From positions 8,854 to 72,853 of the forward strand of contig JBBAWH010000006.1 in NCBI GenBank assembly GCA_040397235.1: DNA of 64,000 nt, in the 5' to 3' direction. The stretch is from Candidatus Limnocylindrus sp. Its GTDB lineage: Bacteria; Chloroflexota; Limnocylindria; Limnocylindrales; Limnocylindraceae. Below the pieces are notes generated by a model that did no database searches, was not told where the DNA came from, and was given only the letters and a program-made list of their open reading frames with translations. Positions 21,203 through 29,964 of this stretch are shown piece after piece (the first letter of the stretch is position 1; each line of letters begins with the position of its first letter). A program made the translations under genes and the position numbers.

Positions 21203-22144
21203 ATGTCACCGAATACCTCGTGGATCTTCCCTGGGCAGGGCTCGCAGAGCGTCGGTATGGGTGCCGCCGCCCTCGCCGCCTCCCCCGCCGCACGCGCCGT
21301 GCTGGCAGAGGCTGAAACCGCCCTGAGCCAGCCGCTCGGCCAGCTGATGGCGACCGGTCCGATCGAGGCGCTTGAGCGCACCGAGGTGGCGCAGCCCGCC
21401 ATCCTCACGATCTCGATCGCCCTCCTTGCCGCCGCGCGCGAACGCGCCGCATCCGCAGGCACCCCACTCGACGAACCGATCCTGATCGCCGGACACTCGG
21501 CCGGCCAGTATGCCGCCGCGGTCGCCGCAGGCGCACTCTCCGTTGCCGATGGCGTTCGACTCGCCCGCCGACGTGGCGAGCTGATGCAGGCATCAGGGGG
21601 CGGACGACCTGGTGCTATGGCCGCCATCCTCGGTCTCCCTGAGAGCGCCGAGGCCGACGTGATCACCGCTGGCGCAAAGCTCGGCATCTTGGTCTTCGCC
21701 AATCGCAACTCGCCGGGGCAGATCGTGCTCTCGGGCGAGGTCGCCGCCATTGAGGCCGCCGTTGCCGCAGCAAGCGCCGCCGGCGCAAAGCGCGCCGTGC
21801 GACTGCAGGTCAGTATCGCCAGCCACTCACCACTGATGGAGGAGGCCGCCGCCGGCATGCGCGAGGCGCTCGCCGCCGTAACCATTGCTGATCCAAAGAC
21901 ACCGATGCTCGCCAACGCTAGTGCAGCACGCATCACCACCGCCGCACAGCTGCGCGACGAACTCTCGAATCACCTCACCGGTGGTGTCGACTGGATCGCC
22001 GCGGTGAACACCATGGCGGCCGCCGGTACGAAGCGCTACATCGAGGTCGGCTCGGGTCGCGTGCTCGCCGGACTTGTGAAGCGAATCCCGTCGGCCGATG
22101 GCGCCGAGATCCTCTCCATTGAAGAATTAACCCCAGCAGCCTAA
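21203..22144 (+). CDS. fabD: Malonyl-CoA:ACP transacylase
   Basis: FPGQGSQ, AQPAI, GHSAGQY (GxSxG), ANRNSPGQ, ASHS. Confidence 0.93.
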   Translation: MSPNTSWIFPGQGSQSVGMGAAALAASPAARAVLAEAETALSQPLGQLMATGPIEALERTEVAQPAILTISIALLAAARERAASAGTPLDEPILIAGHSAGQYAAAVAAGALSVADGVRLARRRGELMQASGGGRPGAMAAILGLPESAEADVITAGAKLGILVFANRNSPGQIVLSGEVAAIEAAVAAASAAGAKRAVRLQVSIASHSPLMEEAAAGMREALAAVTIADPKTPMLANASAARITTAAQLRDELSNHLTGGVDWIAAVNTMAAAGTKRYIEVGSGRVLAGLVKRIPSADGAEILSIEELTPAA

Positions 22145-22162
22145 GAGGGAAGGAGTAGCAGC

Positions 22163-23428
22163 ATGCGCGAGCCAGATCACACCCGACGCGTCGTTATCAC
22201 CGGACTCGGCATCGTCTCGCCGATCGGCAACACCGTTGGCGACGTGTGGACGTCACTCACCGAAGGTCGTAGCGGCATCGCGCAGATCACCCACTGGGAT
22301 CCAACCCCCTACGCACCATACGTGGTCGCGGGCGAGGTGAAGAACTTTGACGTCACCCAGTTCCTCGACGCAAAGCAGATTCGACGCACCGGCCCTGAGA
22401 TCCATTGGGGCGTTGCCGCGGCGAAGGCCGCGCTGCTCGACTCGGGGCTCGAGATCACCGACGCGAACCGCGAAGAGGTCGGCGTGGTCTTCGGTTCAGG
22501 CGCTGGTGGGCAGGGGCTCTTCATTGAGAACCAGATGAGCTGGAAGGAGAAGGGGCCGCGCGCTGTTGCGCCAACCTTCATCGCCCACGGTCTGGTCGAC
22601 AGCACCTCGGGGATGATCGCTATTGAGTCCGGTGCCGTGGGGCACAACCTGGCGGTCGTCTCCGCCTGCGCCACCGGCACGCACGCCCTGGGCGAGGCGG
22701 CTGAGGCGATCAAGCGCGGCGACGTGACCGCCGTCATCGCCGGCTCCACCGAGAACCCCCTCATTGAGGTGGCGCACATCGGCTTCATGAACATGCGTGG
22801 CCTCGCCGGCCCCCGCGACGGCGAAGGGCCAGCATCGGCCTGCCGACCGTACGACGTGGATCGCGCCGGCTTCGTTCTCGGCGAAGGGGCGGGCGCCTTC
22901 ATCGTTGAGGATCTCGCCTCGGCTACGGCGCGCGGCGCCACGATCTACGCCGAGGTGGTCGGCTACGGCAGCTCCGCCGATGCGCACGACATGATCCAGC
23001 CGATCGAGGGTGGCGCCGGCTCAGCGCGCTCCATCAGGTGGGCGCTGCAGCGCGGCAAGATCGACCCGACCGAGATTGACCTGATCAATCCGCACGGCAC
23101 CAGCACGCCGGTGGGCGATGAGCGTGAGGCGCTCGCCTTCCACGCCTCCTTCGGGCCACGTGCCGCAGAGATTCCCATCTCAGCAACGAAGTCACTGACG
23201 GGACACCTGATGGGTGCCGCGGGCGCCGTGGAGGCAGTCTTCACGACCCTCTCGCTGCACCACCAGGTGATTCCAGGAACTCTGCATACGAAGAACGTCG
23301 ACCCCGCCTGCAACCTGAACGTCAACTGTGAAACACGCCCGGCCGAGATTCGTGCCGCGGTGAGCAACAACGTTGGGCTCGGTGGCCATAATGGCGCCAT
23401 CGTGTTGCGGCGCTGGACCGGAAAGTAG
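22163..23428 (+). CDS. fabF: Beta-ketoacyl-ACP synthase II paralog 1
   Basis: RRVVITGLG, SACATG, HGTST, KSLTGH; C-terminal NNVGLGGHN variant. Confidence 0.85.
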   Translation: MREPDHTRRVVITGLGIVSPIGNTVGDVWTSLTEGRSGIAQITHWDPTPYAPYVVAGEVKNFDVTQFLDAKQIRRTGPEIHWGVAAAKAALLDSGLEITDANREEVGVVFGSGAGGQGLFIENQMSWKEKGPRAVAPTFIAHGLVDSTSGMIAIESGAVGHNLAVVSACATGTHALGEAAEAIKRGDVTAVIAGSTENPLIEVAHIGFMNMRGLAGPRDGEGPASACRPYDVDRAGFVLGEGAGAFIVEDLASATARGATIYAEVVGYGSSADAHDMIQPIEGGAGSARSIRWALQRGKIDPTEIDLINPHGTSTPVGDEREALAFHASFGPRAAEIPISATKSLTGHLMGAAGAVEAVFTTLSLHHQVIPGTLHTKNVDPACNLNVNCETRPAEIRAAVSNNVGLGGHNGAIVLRRWTGK

Positions 23429-23436
23429 GAGGAGCC

Positions 23437-24714
23437 ATGAGCACCACCCCCGTACGAACCGACACGCAGCGCGCGGTCATCACCGGCTACGGCGCGATTA
23501 CGCCGATCGGCAATAGCGCTGGCGAATACTGGGAGAGCCTGATCGCAGGACGCTCAGGTGCGGGCCTCATCACCCACTTCGACGCCTCACCAAACGACGT
23601 GCGCATCGCCGCCGAGGTGAAGGGCTTCGATCCGCTCCTCACCATGGATATGAAGATGGCGCGTCGCATGAGCCGCTTCGTGCAGTTCGCGATCGCCGCC
23701 GCCACCGAAGCCATCGAACATGCCGGCCTCGCCGACATTGCCAGCTGGGAGCCAGAGCGCCGCGACCGCGTTGCCACGGTGATCAACACCGGCGGTGGTG
23801 GCATCGAGCAGGTCACCATCGGGAGCGACGCCTATCGCGAAAAGGGCGGCCGCTTCGTGAGCGCCTTCGCCATTCCTGCCCTTAGCCCGAGCATGGGCGC
23901 CTGCATGGTCAGCATGAAGTACGGCCTCACCGGCGCCGCGATCACCCAGGCCGCCGCCTGCGCCACGGGCGTGCTCGCCTTTCAAGATGCACTCCGCCTG
24001 ATCCGCAGCGGCGAGGCCGACGTGGTCGTCGCCGGTGGCGTCGAGGCACCACTCCTGCCGATGGCCTTCGCCGCCCTCAGCAACATGGGCGCCCTCAGCA
24101 AGCGCAACGACGACCCAACGCACGCCAGCCGACCGTTTGACAAGAACCGCGACGGCTTCGTCTTCGGCGAAGGCGGTGCCGTCTTCGTGGTCGAGTCGCT
24201 CGCCCACGCGAAGGCGCGCGGGGCCACGATTCGCGCCGAGCTGCTCGGTGCCGGTGCAACCGCCGACGCCTTCCACATCAGCGCCCCTGAGCCAACCGGC
24301 CGCGGCGCTGCAGGCTCCATGACCAAGGCGATCCTCGATGGCGGCGCCGTCATCGAAGACATCAGCTACATCGTGGCGCACGGCACGAGCACCCCACTCA
24401 ACGACCTCACCGAGACGAAGGCGATTAAGCGCGCCCTTGGTGATCATGCCTACAAGATTCCGATCAGCTCCCCAAAAAGCATGGTCGGCCACCTCTTGGG
24501 TGGCGCTGGCGCCGTTGCCGGACTCGCCGCCATCAAGGCGATCGAGACGGGCACCGTGCCACCCACGATCAACCTCGACACGCCAGACCCTGAGTGCGAC
24601 CTCGACTACGTGCCGCACACCGCGCGCACCAACCAGTCAGTCGACCGCGTGCTGATCAATGGCTTCGGCTTCGGTGGCCAGAACGCCTCGGCGCTCTTCG
24701 GAAAGCTTCGCTAG
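23437..24714 (+). CDS. fabF: Beta-ketoacyl-ACP synthase II paralog 2
   Basis: AACATG, SRPFDKNRDGFV, HGTST, KSMVGH, NGFGFGGQN. Confidence 0.9.
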   Translation: MSTTPVRTDTQRAVITGYGAITPIGNSAGEYWESLIAGRSGAGLITHFDASPNDVRIAAEVKGFDPLLTMDMKMARRMSRFVQFAIAAATEAIEHAGLADIASWEPERRDRVATVINTGGGGIEQVTIGSDAYREKGGRFVSAFAIPALSPSMGACMVSMKYGLTGAAITQAAACATGVLAFQDALRLIRSGEADVVVAGGVEAPLLPMAFAALSNMGALSKRNDDPTHASRPFDKNRDGFVFGEGGAVFVVESLAHAKARGATIRAELLGAGATADAFHISAPEPTGRGAAGSMTKAILDGGAVIEDISYIVAHGTSTPLNDLTETKAIKRALGDHAYKIPISSPKSMVGHLLGGAGAVAGLAAIKAIETGTVPPTINLDTPDPECDLDYVPHTARTNQSVDRVLINGFGFGGQNASALFGKLR

Positions 24715-24741
24715 CTCAGCGGCGCCCTACACGGACTGTTG

Positions 24742-25935
24742 TTATCGCCACGAGGAGAAGCTGCGAACTGATCCTGCAGACGGCAGTTTCAGCCACGGAT
24801 ATGGATGCAGCTCAGCAACCGATGTGAATTTTCGAAATGATGGAACGGGCGCATAGGTCACGGCTACCGGATGCTCTTGTGCAAACTGGTAGGGATCACC
24901 GATATACACCTCCACACCTCGCTGAGCACTGAGCTCGCCAAGCGTCTGCAGATAGAACCCAATTCGCCGCGCGCTCAGCTGTAGTTTCCTCAGCGCACCC
25001 TCATTGAAGACAAAGATCGCGGGCAAGGTCGGATTGGCCCGAAGCGCCGGATCGTGCATTCCGAGTGAGTCGATCGTCAGCAGCACATGCGTCGCAGGGC
25101 GTTTGATTCTGGGCGTGATCGGCCCAGTGGTGCGCTGCACGTTGGGATCGTTGTCCAGAAGCGGATCTCGCTCAAGCTGCTCTAGGTGTACCTCGCGCGG
25201 GAACTCCTCGATCGGGCAGTTGGCCTTGAGGGGACATCGTGAACAGATGCCTGGCGCTCGCTTGTCCACCTGCCACTTCGCAAAACCGTAGGGCTTGCCG
25301 GTGCCCGCACCGACCGTCCACTGCCATCCAAGCAGGTTGGCGGCCCTGGAGCCATCGATGAGCTCTTGGTGCATGCGCTCCTGGCCCGAGATCCAGCCAA
25401 CGCCATTTCGAACGGTCCAGTGGGATGCCAGCCACATGCGAGTCTGATTGACGAGCCAGCCATCCCCCTCGAGCTCAGAGACAACTTCGTCGATGCAGAG
25501 CATCTCCCGATTCCAGCCGTTCCCCTCGCCGCGCCAGTTCGCTGCAAAGCGCAGGTTTTCGAATAGGCGCACACCAATGCGGGCGTAGAGGTGACGCGCG
25601 TATTCCTGCCACCAGAGCTCGTCGCGGAATTTCTCACGATCTTTGGCTGGTGCACCCTGAACGGCGTCATACACCTGGCGCAGCGTGATCATGTTGTGAC
25701 GAATGTACGGAGAGAGCACGCTCGCGCCTCGATTCGCCCGCGGAAGCACTTGCGAGCGGCGGTCGGCATACCCCCTGATATCGAGCTGCTGAAGCGCCCT
25801 GTCGGCTGCCTGTTGCCCGCCGCTGATTGAGCTCAGGCCAAGCGTCCCTGAATAGAGGCCCTCGAAGTGTTCGGCCAGTAGTTTGAGGGGGTCCTCGGTT
25901 GCATCGATCTTCTTTAGGCCGAGGGGGGTCACCAT
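24742..25935 (-). CDS. Photolyase/cryptochrome family protein with inverted domain order (NewPHL-like)
   Basis: N-terminal FAD domain (SVLSPYIRH, ELWWQEY, GWLVNQTRM, LIDGSRAANLLGWQW); C-terminal antenna-like domain; start reset to ATG 25935. Confidence 0.82.
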   Translation of the reverse strand: MVTPLGLKKIDATEDPLKLLAEHFEGLYSGTLGLSSISGGQQAADRALQQLDIRGYADRRSQVLPRANRGASVLSPYIRHNMITLRQVYDAVQGAPAKDREKFRDELWWQEYARHLYARIGVRLFENLRFAANWRGEGNGWNREMLCIDEVVSELEGDGWLVNQTRMWLASHWTVRNGVGWISGQERMHQELIDGSRAANLLGWQWTVGAGTGKPYGFAKWQVDKRAPGICSRCPLKANCPIEEFPREVHLEQLERDPLLDNDPNVQRTTGPITPRIKRPATHVLLTIDSLGMHDPALRANPTLPAIFVFNEGALRKLQLSARRIGFYLQTLGELSAQRGVEVYIGDPYQFAQEHPVAVTYAPVPSFRKFTSVAELHPYPWLKLPSAGSVRSFSSWR

Positions 25936-26645
25936 GGGATTACGTTTCGCTCCTCCCACAGCACTCCAGTCAGCTTCTCTTGATCGGAAGCGCCCTCGAC
26001 GTTGAACGGTCGGGTTGCCAACCAGATCGCCGTATCGGCGCCCTCTTTGGCAGAGAGTGGTGCGCCTGGCCCGCCCATATCGGTCCGGGAGTGATTCGGG
26101 CAGACAGCGTCGATCAGGAAGCCGCGCTTGCCATGGAGCGTTTCATGCGCAAGGTTGCGCACGAGTGCATTGACCCCCGCCTTGCTCACACGGTACGGCA
26201 CCAATCCCCCTGCATTGCCTGGTCCTGACATGCGACCAAGACACGCCGAGAAGACAACCACTCGCCCCTGGCGCGCCTCAGCCATTGGCTTCGCAAGAAT
26301 ATTGAGTGCACAAAAGACAGAATCCAAATTGATCGACATCACCCGGCGCCACTCGTCGATATTCGTAGCGAAGGTTTTGGAAGACTTTTCACTCATCACC
26401 CCGTGCGCAAGGATCAGCGCATCAGGGGCACCACGCGTGGCGAGGATCGCAGTGAACGCCTTCTCGGTCGCCTCAAGATCCGCAAGGTCCACACTCTGGT
26501 ACTCACAGCCCAGGCTTTGGGCAGCTGCGGCCAAGCGCGGTTCATCCTTTGCGATCAGCAGCACCGTTTGGCCGCTCGCCCGCAGCGCCTTGGCGCACTC
26601 GAAACCAAGACCTCGAGATCCTCCGGTGATGAGGGTGTATCCCAC
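25929..26645 (-). CDS. Short-chain dehydrogenase/reductase
   Basis: TGGSRGLG, YRVSK (YxxxK), RTDMGG; GTG start downstream of AGGAGG. Confidence 0.9.
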   Translation of the reverse strand: MGYTLITGGSRGLGFECAKALRASGQTVLLIAKDEPRLAAAAQSLGCEYQSVDLADLEATEKAFTAILATRGAPDALILAHGVMSEKSSKTFATNIDEWRRVMSINLDSVFCALNILAKPMAEARQGRVVVFSACLGRMSGPGNAGGLVPYRVSKAGVNALVRNLAHETLHGKRGFLIDAVCPNHSRTDMGGPGAPLSAKEGADTAIWLATRPFNVEGASDQEKLTGVLWEERNVIPW

Positions 26646-26760
26646 TTTTGGAAAACCTCCTTGCCTTGACTCAGCTGCTCTCATGCAACTGCGGCTGGGA
26701 TGACAGTTTGCCGACCAAACTTGCGCCAATCAGTAGCCCGAGAAATCCTAGCAGGGGGTG

Positions 26761-26898
26761 CTAGTTCAACCGATCTCGCTCTAGTGGCAGCCTTCGCAGC
26801 CTCAGGGCATTCAGCACCACCGTCACGCTCGATCCGCCCATGGCGGCTGCGGCGAGTGCTGGATCGAGGCCGATCCTAAAGGCTGGGAGAACTAGGCC
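26761..26898 (-). pseudogene. Orphan duplicate of the copA 3' end with its own stop (…LPAFRIGLDPALAAAAMGGSSVTVVLNALRLRRLPLERDRLN*)
   Basis: 26786-26898 aligns without gaps to 30008-30120 (99/113 nt by hand count). Confidence 0.88.
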
Positions 26899-27527
26899 GC
26901 ACGCACCTCGATTGCCCAGTTAGGGCGAAAAGCCCAGAGCGCTGTACCCAACCCAAGCAATATCCACGTACACGCCCAGGCCCAACCGTCATTCGCCGGG
27001 AGACCGATCCAAGCCCATTCAGCCGCAGCGGATTCGTCAGCGAAACCAAAGACTCCAACCGCCAGGAGGTAGAGCGCCGGCGCAATTGAAGCGGTGCGCC
27101 ATCCAACAAAAAACCGGGCGACGAGTAGCCAGCCTAGGTAGGTCATAAGCGCTCGTGTGGCAATTAGATACGTATCGCCTACACCTGAAACATTGATTCC
27201 CGCAGACACCTGTGCACCGATGGCTCCAAGAGCCAAGAATGCACAAACGCTTGAGGCCACGAGTACAGCGTCATAGCGACGTATACGGCGCGCTGCTACG
27301 GACTCTTGCGCGGGAAGTCCGCTAGACAGCCCAAATCCTAAGGCGCTTGGCAACCCCAAAGCGATGAAGAGGGCGATCATCAGCGGTGCGCCAATAGGAC
27401 TCACCCGAATAGAGATTGCGCTGGCCGGGACTTGCAAAAGAAGTGCCGATCCGACGACCGAAAGAGTGATCAGATTAACTCGACGAATTTTTCGATACAG
27501 GGACACGCTATTGAACGCTGTAGTCAT
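26892..27527 (-). CDS. Multi-pass membrane protein (putative ABC permease 2)
   Basis: About six hydrophobic segments; last gene of the ABC operon; start uncertain. Confidence 0.65.
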   Translation of the reverse strand: MTTAFNSVSLYRKIRRVNLITLSVVGSALLLQVPASAISIRVSPIGAPLMIALFIALGLPSALGFGLSSGLPAQESVAARRIRRYDAVLVASSVCAFLALGAIGAQVSAGINVSGVGDTYLIATRALMTYLGWLLVARFFVGWRTASIAPALYLLAVGVFGFADESAAAEWAWIGLPANDGWAWACTWILLGLGTALWAFRPNWAIEVRAA

Positions 27528-28782
27528 CGGGCGACTGGCATTCAGCAACCAAGGATGTAAGCCGCTCCAACCAAGCAACGCGCGATGTGACTGGAGCGGA
27601 GCCAACGGCGCTGTATAGGTCCTTGATTGGAATGCCGCCAGATGCTGACGGATCTGCGATCAACCAGCCGAGATTCTCTTGCAGCATCGCTTCGGACCCA
27701 CCCATCGCAGTGAACCACCAGCCCCGCAACACATCAATTGAGGAACCGCTAAACCCTGAGTCTGAAGCCTCCGAACACGCTGGCCAGGGCGCCAGTCCCT
27801 GTGCGATTGACCAGCGAATTGAATCTGGATCTGACTTCCACAAGTCGAGCGTCAACGTATCCACTGATGTGGCGCTCGCGAGCTCTTCACTCCAGCGGCC
27901 TGGGATCGGCAATTCCTGACGAGCCAGTTCCACTATCACTGCAGTCAGCGTCGGCCGAAACAGTTGTGTGGGGCTGTCGTGCTCGGGCCACAGGCACAAC
28001 TCTGCTGCGCTCACTGTGCTGCACTTTAAGGCGGACTGATCGCGCGCAACCTCTGGGATCGGACCAACATTCCAGGCGAACGCGCTACTGACCATCACCC
28101 CTGTAACGAGCATTGCGGTTGCGACGATGCGTGACCATCGCATACCGAGAGCGCCGATCGCATAGAGCGCTATGACGATGATTGTCACATTCATGATCAG
28201 GCCTGCGAGCAGCGCCGCCGGGGCAATATCGGCACCGATCCGGCAGCAATCTCGGTACATGCCGCTGAGATGACGCAAGCATTCCACAGGGAGTGCTGGC
28301 ACAAAGGCGAACCAGAGGAATGGCGCCAAAAGCATGCCCGGTAGCGACACCGACATGGGGAGTCGTAGTCCTGCAAGGAAGCCCACCAGGCTCCACGCAC
28401 AGATTGCAACGAATCCAACGACAACCATGCGAATCTCAGGCAGCCCGGCCTGACCGTAGACAGAGGCAGCAACGACAGTCCCGAGTAGGAATACGGCTCC
28501 CAATAGAATTGAGGGGGTTACCGCAATGATGGTGATGTCGAACCTAGAACGTGTATGCGGCGCATCCCAAATGCCGCCGCGACGAAGCCGTGCAGCCTCC
28601 CATGCCGCAGTCATCGCAACAAATCCAACCAAGAACGCCATGGACGAGGTTGCACCCGCCGTCGCTGCGACACCGTAGTTGTTCGGGTAGATCGCCTTGG
28701 TCACATAGAGAATGGACAGAATCAGCGTAGGTATTGTCAGCCAAACTGCGGGCGAAATTCTGAGCATTGTGCGAAGACGCAC
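27508..28782 (-). CDS. Membrane protein (ABC permease-like) with Cys-containing C-terminal soluble domain
   Basis: Many N-terminal TM helices, RHLSG..RDCC, LCLWPEH; abuts the ATPase stop. Confidence 0.7.
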   Translation of the reverse strand: MRLRTMLRISPAVWLTIPTLILSILYVTKAIYPNNYGVAATAGATSSMAFLVGFVAMTAAWEAARLRRGGIWDAPHTRSRFDITIIAVTPSILLGAVFLLGTVVAASVYGQAGLPEIRMVVVGFVAICAWSLVGFLAGLRLPMSVSLPGMLLAPFLWFAFVPALPVECLRHLSGMYRDCCRIGADIAPAALLAGLIMNVTIIVIALYAIGALGMRWSRIVATAMLVTGVMVSSAFAWNVGPIPEVARDQSALKCSTVSAAELCLWPEHDSPTQLFRPTLTAVIVELARQELPIPGRWSEELASATSVDTLTLDLWKSDPDSIRWSIAQGLAPWPACSEASDSGFSGSSIDVLRGWWFTAMGGSEAMLQENLGWLIADPSASGGIPIKDLYSAVGSAPVTSRVAWLERLTSLVAECQSPDDYSVQ

Positions 28783-29529
28783 CTACTTACCGCCAGCGAT
28801 CAGAGCCAGAAATGCGGATTCAATCGGGCGCTCACTCCCCGCTGGGGCACGCGCCGAGAAGGCCTGCAAGGCGCCGTCAAAGGCGATGTTTCCTGCGTGA
28901 AGTACCGCGACATGCTCATAGGCCGTCGTGATTTCACCTGTGTCGTGTGTTGAAACCACAACCGTTCGGTCGGCGCCAATGTTTACCAGTAGTTCACGGA
29001 ACAGGGCTCGCTGCTCTGGATCGAGCCCAGAGGTGGGCTCATCGAGCAGCAACACTTCTGCGTCGTGGACCAGGGCACTGGCAAGGCCAACGCGCCGTTG
29101 CTGGCCTCCTGAAAGTTCACTTGCAGGCTGGTCAGCTAGATCCTGCAGCGCCACGCGTGCCAACGCTTCGGAGGCCCCGCGCCATGCATCGTCACGACTC
29201 ATACCCTTCAGCCAACCGGAATACGCCACCTGTTCTCGAACTGTGAGCCCCGGTACTGCTCGATATTGCTGCGGCATCCATGCCACGCGCGCTCGAAACT
29301 GGGTTCGCTGATCGCGGGAATCCAGCTCGTTGAGTGACACCTTGCCACTCCTCGGCATCAACGCCGTCGCGCCAAGGGACAAGAGCGTGCTCTTGCCTGC
29401 ACCATTGATGCCAAGCAGGGCGGTAACGCCTGTAGGCACGTGCCAAGTTAAGCGTTGTAGGACGGCTAGCTCTCCTTGATTCTTCCGTTTATAGCCAAAA
29501 CTAATCTCTCGAAACAGGAGCCCGCGCAT
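28783..29529 (-). CDS. ABC transporter ATP-binding protein
   Basis: GINGAGKST, LSGGQ, LLLDEPTSGLD, VSTH. Confidence 0.95.
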   Translation of the reverse strand: MRGLLFREISFGYKRKNQGELAVLQRLTWHVPTGVTALLGINGAGKSTLLSLGATALMPRSGKVSLNELDSRDQRTQFRARVAWMPQQYRAVPGLTVREQVAYSGWLKGMSRDDAWRGASEALARVALQDLADQPASELSGGQQRRVGLASALVHDAEVLLLDEPTSGLDPEQRALFRELLVNIGADRTVVVSTHDTGEITTAYEHVAVLHAGNIAFDGALQAFSARAPAGSERPIESAFLALIAGGK

Positions 29530-29909
29530 TAATACGAGATGAAATAGGTCAGGCTTACCGTCGCGCTATTGATCCAAGGGCTGTATTCGACGCTATAGTC
29601 ACCCACGGTGTTGCTCCAAGTTTTTGAGACATACGTTGACGATGAACTGCACGTGTAGGTTTTCTTACCAGTGCCAGTACTAGGGGAAAACAGCCAGTGC
29701 CTCATGACCTCGAACGTCAAAGTTGAAGCTGATGCTGAGCAATTTCGAATACTGAACGTAGTATTAGTCGCTTGGTATGTAATTGAATTCCAGCCTGGAC
29801 CCTGACTGGTAAGCGTGTTTGGGCCGATCGAACTAGCAATGGCGGCCGACGCTAGAGCTAGGCTGGCGACCCCACCCGAGATTAGCCCCAAGTACTTGTT
29901 GCGACGCAT
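29529..29909 (-). CDS. Small secreted Ser/Thr-rich protein (126 aa)
   Basis: Sec signal (MRRNK-hydrophobic-AIA/S), 2 Cys, GGAGG RBS, TAATG coupling to the ATPase. Confidence 0.75.
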   Translation of the reverse strand: MRRNKYLGLISGGVASLALASAAIASSIGPNTLTSQGPGWNSITYQATNTTFSIRNCSASASTLTFEVMRHWLFSPSTGTGKKTYTCSSSSTYVSKTWSNTVGDYSVEYSPWINSATVSLTYFISY

Positions 29910-29964
29910 TTTCTTACCTCCCCTTACTCAGAATCTGGTTCAGATGCGGAGAAGGTAGCAGGTT

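Noticed and set aside
22163-24714. Type II PKS KS-CLF pair
   Set aside because: Both ketosynthases retain catalytic Cys-His-His; no ACP, cyclase or tailoring genes adjacent
26705-26721. AGTTTG-N5-CAAACT inverted repeat upstream of the SDR
   Set aside because: Could be an operator, but it is short, occurs once and has no associated regulator; insufficient support
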